Shown: positions 53,634 to 56,954 of the stretch, piece after piece | Layout of the letters: every line of letters starts with the position of its first letter | Position numbering within the stretch: position 1 is the first letter of the stretch | Source of the DNA: Pseudomonadales bacterium | GTDB lineage: Bacteria > Pseudomonadota > Gammaproteobacteria > Pseudomonadales > UBA7434 | Length of the DNA: 56,954 nt | Assembly: GCA_965659815.1 (NCBI GenBank) | Contig: CBFHXO010000006.1 | Coordinates: forward strand, 1-56,954 | Direction: 5' to 3' | Program-made: the position numbers and the translations under genes | Notes under the pieces: model-generated | Database searches by the model: none | The model's input: the letters and a program-made list of their open reading frames with translations, nothing else | Told to the model about the DNA's origin: nothing

Positions 53634-54110
53634 ATGCTAGCTGAATTACTCAACCCACAACGAATTCAGCTAGATGCTGATATCAGCAGCAAAAAAAAGG
53701 CTTTGCAAGAACTGTCGAGACTTTTCGCCGACAGCAACAGCGCGCTCAATGCCAACCTGGTGTTTGATGCGCTAACCGATCGCGAAAAGCTCGGCAGCAC
53801 TGCACTTGAAAAAGGCATTGCAATACCGCATTGCCGCATCACCGATTGTACTCGCCCTCTATTGGCAGTTTTAACACTGGGTATGGGTATTGATTTTGAC
53901 GCACGCGATGATCAACCGGTGGATCTGATTTGCGCATTAATTGTTCCAGAGCAATCGACTGAAGAACACCTTAATATCTTATCGGCGCTAGCCGGAATGT
54001 TGAGTAATTCTGACAACTGCCACAGAATACGTGGCTGCAGCGATGCAAATCAACTATTAGCATTTATCACCGAACTGGAAACCAACTCACCAGCATACAG
54101 TGATCATTAA
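53634..54110 (+). CDS. ptsN: PTS IIA-Ntr
   Basis: SKKKAL, REKLGST...GIAIPHCR, DFDA.D..PVDL, HL..L..LA. Confidence 0.93.
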   Translation: MLAELLNPQRIQLDADISSKKKALQELSRLFADSNSALNANLVFDALTDREKLGSTALEKGIAIPHCRITDCTRPLLAVLTLGMGIDFDARDDQPVDLICALIVPEQSTEEHLNILSALAGMLSNSDNCHRIRGCSDANQLLAFITELETNSPAYSDH

Positions 54111-54193
54111 ACGGCGCCGACAATTAGCCCGCATCGTTAACTATATCGATAACTACTGCGATAACTAAACAAATACATGGTACTTGAGATTAC

Positions 54194-55078
54194 ATGAAAC
54201 TGGTCATCATAAGCGGCCGCTCGGGGTCGGGTAAAAGCACCGCACTGCATATGCTCGAAGACCTGGGGTTTTATTGCGTCGACAACTTGCCCGCCGGTTT
54301 GCTACCTGCATTAGCCACTGAAGCATTTGCGCCAAAAAACGAACGCCCCAAAGGTTCGCAAGACAGCATTAAAATCGCCGTCAGCATTGACGCCAGAAAC
54401 ATCCCAAGGGATTTATTACAGTTCCCATCGTTGGTTGAAAAAATTCCCAACGAAGTCGACACCAATATTATTTATCTCGACGCGAACAACAGCACGCTAA
54501 TTAAACGCTTTTCTGAAACCCGTCGTAAACATCCGTTAAGTAACGAGCAAATTTCTCTGCAAGAAGCCATCGAGAAAGAGGCCATATTACTCGACGCCAT
54601 TGCTGGCATGGCCGACTTAAGCATTGATACCAGCCAAATGAATTTACATGAACTACGGCACCTGGTGCGCAGCCGGGTGGGCGATAAATTTTCATCAGAT
54701 ATGGCCCTAATGTTTCAATCATTTGGTTTTAAGGGCAACATCCCCATTGATTCCGACCTGGTATATGATGTCCGCTGCCTGCCCAACCCCTACTGGGAAC
54801 CCAAATTAAGAAAGCTTACTGGTCTCGACCAGGGTGTTATCGATTTTTTACGCGACGATGAAGACGTTAAGCAAATGATTACCGATATTACCGATTACCT
54901 AAGCCGCTGGCTGCCGCGCTTTAGCGCCGCTAATCGCAGTTACACCACCGTGTCAATTGGCTGTACCGGTGGCCAGCATCGCTCGGTTTATATTGCCGAT
55001 GCTTTACACAAACATTTTTGTAACCAGTTTAATGTTGTGCAGGTCAGGCACCGCGAACTCAAAAACGATGGAGAATAG
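54194..55078 (+). CDS. rapZ: RNase adapter RapZ
   Basis: SGRSGSGKS, CVDNLP, RFSETRRKHPL, SFGFK, DVRCLPNP, IGCTGGQHRSV. Confidence 0.98.
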   Translation: MKLVIISGRSGSGKSTALHMLEDLGFYCVDNLPAGLLPALATEAFAPKNERPKGSQDSIKIAVSIDARNIPRDLLQFPSLVEKIPNEVDTNIIYLDANNSTLIKRFSETRRKHPLSNEQISLQEAIEKEAILLDAIAGMADLSIDTSQMNLHELRHLVRSRVGDKFSSDMALMFQSFGFKGNIPIDSDLVYDVRCLPNPYWEPKLRKLTGLDQGVIDFLRDDEDVKQMITDITDYLSRWLPRFSAANRSYTTVSIGCTGGQHRSVYIADALHKHFCNQFNVVQVRHRELKNDGE

Positions 55079-55148
55079 CCATTCGGCGCCCGTATTTCAA
55101 CGTTAAGATATGATTTTCGGCGACAACCCCAACCCATAGATAACAGCC

Positions 55149-55418
55149 ATGAGCCAAGAAACTGTCACAATCAAAAACAAACTGGGATTACACGCCAGGG
55201 CAGCCAATAAACTGGTTGACGTCACTACGCAGTTTTCGAGCAAAATCACCCTGGAATATCAATCCAATGCTATTGATGGAAAAAGCATTATGTCGGTTAT
55301 GCTCTTGGCTGCAGCCAAGGGTTCTGAGCTAACCATTACCACTGAGGGCAGTGATGAACACGAAGCCATGCAGGCAATTACCGGGTTAATTGATAATCTG
55401 TTTGACGAAGAAGAATAA
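55149..55418 (+). CDS. npr: Phosphocarrier NPr (HPr family)
   Basis: NKLGLHARAA, DGKSIM..M.LAA..G, G.DE..A. Confidence 0.94.
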   Translation: MSQETVTIKNKLGLHARAANKLVDVTTQFSSKITLEYQSNAIDGKSIMSVMLLAAAKGSELTITTEGSDEHEAMQAITGLIDNLFDEEE

Positions 55419-55625
55419 CCGCTATTTTTTCAGCCCACCCATGACGCTGCTCGCCCGCTAACTTTCCAGCAAAACCCGTCAACATTAACCGATTGTTTAT
55501 CTGCCATTGACCAGTTCGGCTATTGCCCATGCTGATATGATTGGTAAGAATCGAAGGACAAAAATCAGCCCCCAACCAAAACCGCGCGTAATGATACAGC
55601 GTGTAACCACCAAGAGAGTATAACC

Positions 55626-56273
55626 ATGCTGGACTTAACGCCGGAAGAGGTATTATCGACCACACGCAGTGTGCGCAAGCGACTCGACTTTGATAAACCC
55701 GTAGCAAGACAAACCTTGCAGGAGTGTCTTGAAATTGCTTTTCAGGCACCTAATGGGTCGAATATGAATACCTGGCGCTGGGTGTTGGTTGATGACAAAG
55801 CCATTATAGAGAAAATGGCTGGTATTTATAACAACGCGATGGACGACTATATTGCCATGTTAGGTGATGCCGTTGGTGAAGACTATATGGGCGCATCCAC
55901 ACCAGGCTTTGAAAAAATAAACCAGTCGGTAGATTACCTGCGTGACAATATGCGTCGCGCGCCCGCAATCCTTATTCCGTTATTAAATGGCCGCGTTGAA
56001 AACGCCGGTGTATTTATGCAAGCCAGCAGCTACGGTTCAATTCTTCAAGCGGTGTGGAGTTTCTTTTTAGCGCTACGCGCTCGCGGTATGGGCAGCGCAT
56101 GGACCACAGCACACTTATGGCGTGAACAAGAACTGGCTGAACTGCTGAATATCCCTTTTAACGAATACACACAAGTCGGTATGTTCCCCATTGCCTATAC
56201 ACTGGGTACCGAATTTAAAAAAGCCTACCGTAAACCGTTTGATGAAGTCGTGAGTTGGAACACGTTTAGTTAA
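55626..56273 (+). CDS. Nitroreductase family flavoprotein
   Basis: TTRSVRKRLD, QAPNGSN...WRW, LALRARG.GS.WTT; GAGAG RBS. Confidence 0.9.
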   Translation: MLDLTPEEVLSTTRSVRKRLDFDKPVARQTLQECLEIAFQAPNGSNMNTWRWVLVDDKAIIEKMAGIYNNAMDDYIAMLGDAVGEDYMGASTPGFEKINQSVDYLRDNMRRAPAILIPLLNGRVENAGVFMQASSYGSILQAVWSFFLALRARGMGSAWTTAHLWREQELAELLNIPFNEYTQVGMFPIAYTLGTEFKKAYRKPFDEVVSWNTFS

Positions 56274-56313
56274 CTTGCCCAATTAGCCCACTACCACATC
56301 TGGAGTTTTTGCC

Positions 56314-56787
56314 ATGAGTCAATATTCTGAACAAGAACAGCGCAACATCGATGCTGCCAACTCACTATTTGATGGCAGTTGTGGCGACCCTGCCACGCTA
56401 TTTGCCGATGATGCCGTTTGGTGGAACGGTCTGCCCCGCCTACCCGGCCTTGAAGGTCAAACCGAACATAAAGGGATAGAGACTATTAAAACCATACTAT
56501 ACGGTGCGGGTCAGGATAAGCCCGGCTCTGGCACCGACTCCTACGATTTGTCAACCAATCGCTTTACCGACTTACTGGTGTTAGCTGACGGCGATTATGT
56601 GATACGTCAGCACACACAGCACAGCAAAACCAATTCGGGTAAGGACTACAAAAACGTATACTGCTTTGTGTTTCGATTTAACGCTGAGGGAAAAATACAA
56701 TACCTGACTGAGCACTGGAACACCTGGTATGCCAATAAAATATTGCTGGACAACTGGGACCTCGAAGCTGCCCATCCGCTTAGTTAA
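56314..56787 (+). CDS. NTF2/SnoaL-like (ketosteroid-isomerase-like) protein
   Basis: LFADDAVWW, ADGDYV, GKDY.N.YCFVFRF..GKI....E.W.T; GGAG RBS. Confidence 0.85.
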   Translation: MSQYSEQEQRNIDAANSLFDGSCGDPATLFADDAVWWNGLPRLPGLEGQTEHKGIETIKTILYGAGQDKPGSGTDSYDLSTNRFTDLLVLADGDYVIRQHTQHSKTNSGKDYKNVYCFVFRFNAEGKIQYLTEHWNTWYANKILLDNWDLEAAHPLS

Positions 56788-56820
56788 GCTGACTACTGAC
56801 ACCTACTACCGGAGCATCGT

Positions 56821-56954
56821 ATGGCCTGGGACTTTTCTACTGAACCGGAATTTCAACAACAGCTCGACTGGATACGCCAGTTTGTTAATGAAGAAATTAT
56901 TCCTATTGAATTAATTCAGCGGGGACTAAATCAGGCTCAGCTCGACAAACTCTG
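56821..56954 (+). CDS. Probable acyl-CoA dehydrogenase, 5' part only
   Basis: Read by hand: MAWDFSTEPEFQQQLDWIRQFVNEEIIPIE..., a typical ACAD N-terminus. GGAG at 56811; frame stays open to the window end. Confidence 0.75.
   Translation, partial: MAWDFSTEPEFQQQLDWIRQFVNEEIIPIELIQRGLNQAQLDKL

Overview
This is core chromosome of a gammaproteobacterium. Gene order is Pseudomonadales/Cellvibrionales-like; the taxon is an inference. From left to right it carries: ispH(partial)-fkpB-lspA-ileS-ribF-murJ with a stand-alone pyrB; two accessory genes; coaE-yacG; a LexA-box-controlled SymE-like toxin gene; mutT-argJ-secA-M23 peptidase-lpxC; the full dcw cluster (mraZ to ftsZ); a PVA-dehydrogenase-like PQQ enzyme; hisC-hisD-hisG-murA-ibaG-mlaC; yrbG-kdsD-kdsC-lptCAB-rpoN-hpf-ptsN-rapZ-npr; and the start of a nitroreductase/SnoaL/acyl-CoA dehydrogenase cassette. 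I recognised no rRNA, tRNA, CRISPR array or IS element. The best candidate for something undescribed is the SOS-regulated, N-terminally extended SymE-like gene pointing head-on into mutT. Other observations worth checking: an orphan with an acyl-carrier-like pattern, a signal-peptide-like small ORF upstream of secA, missing dciA and mlaFEDB at their usual positions, a 22-bp palindrome over the mraZ promoter, and recurring 12-16 bp tandem micro-duplications at gene starts. All calls come from reading motifs by eye; no searches were run.
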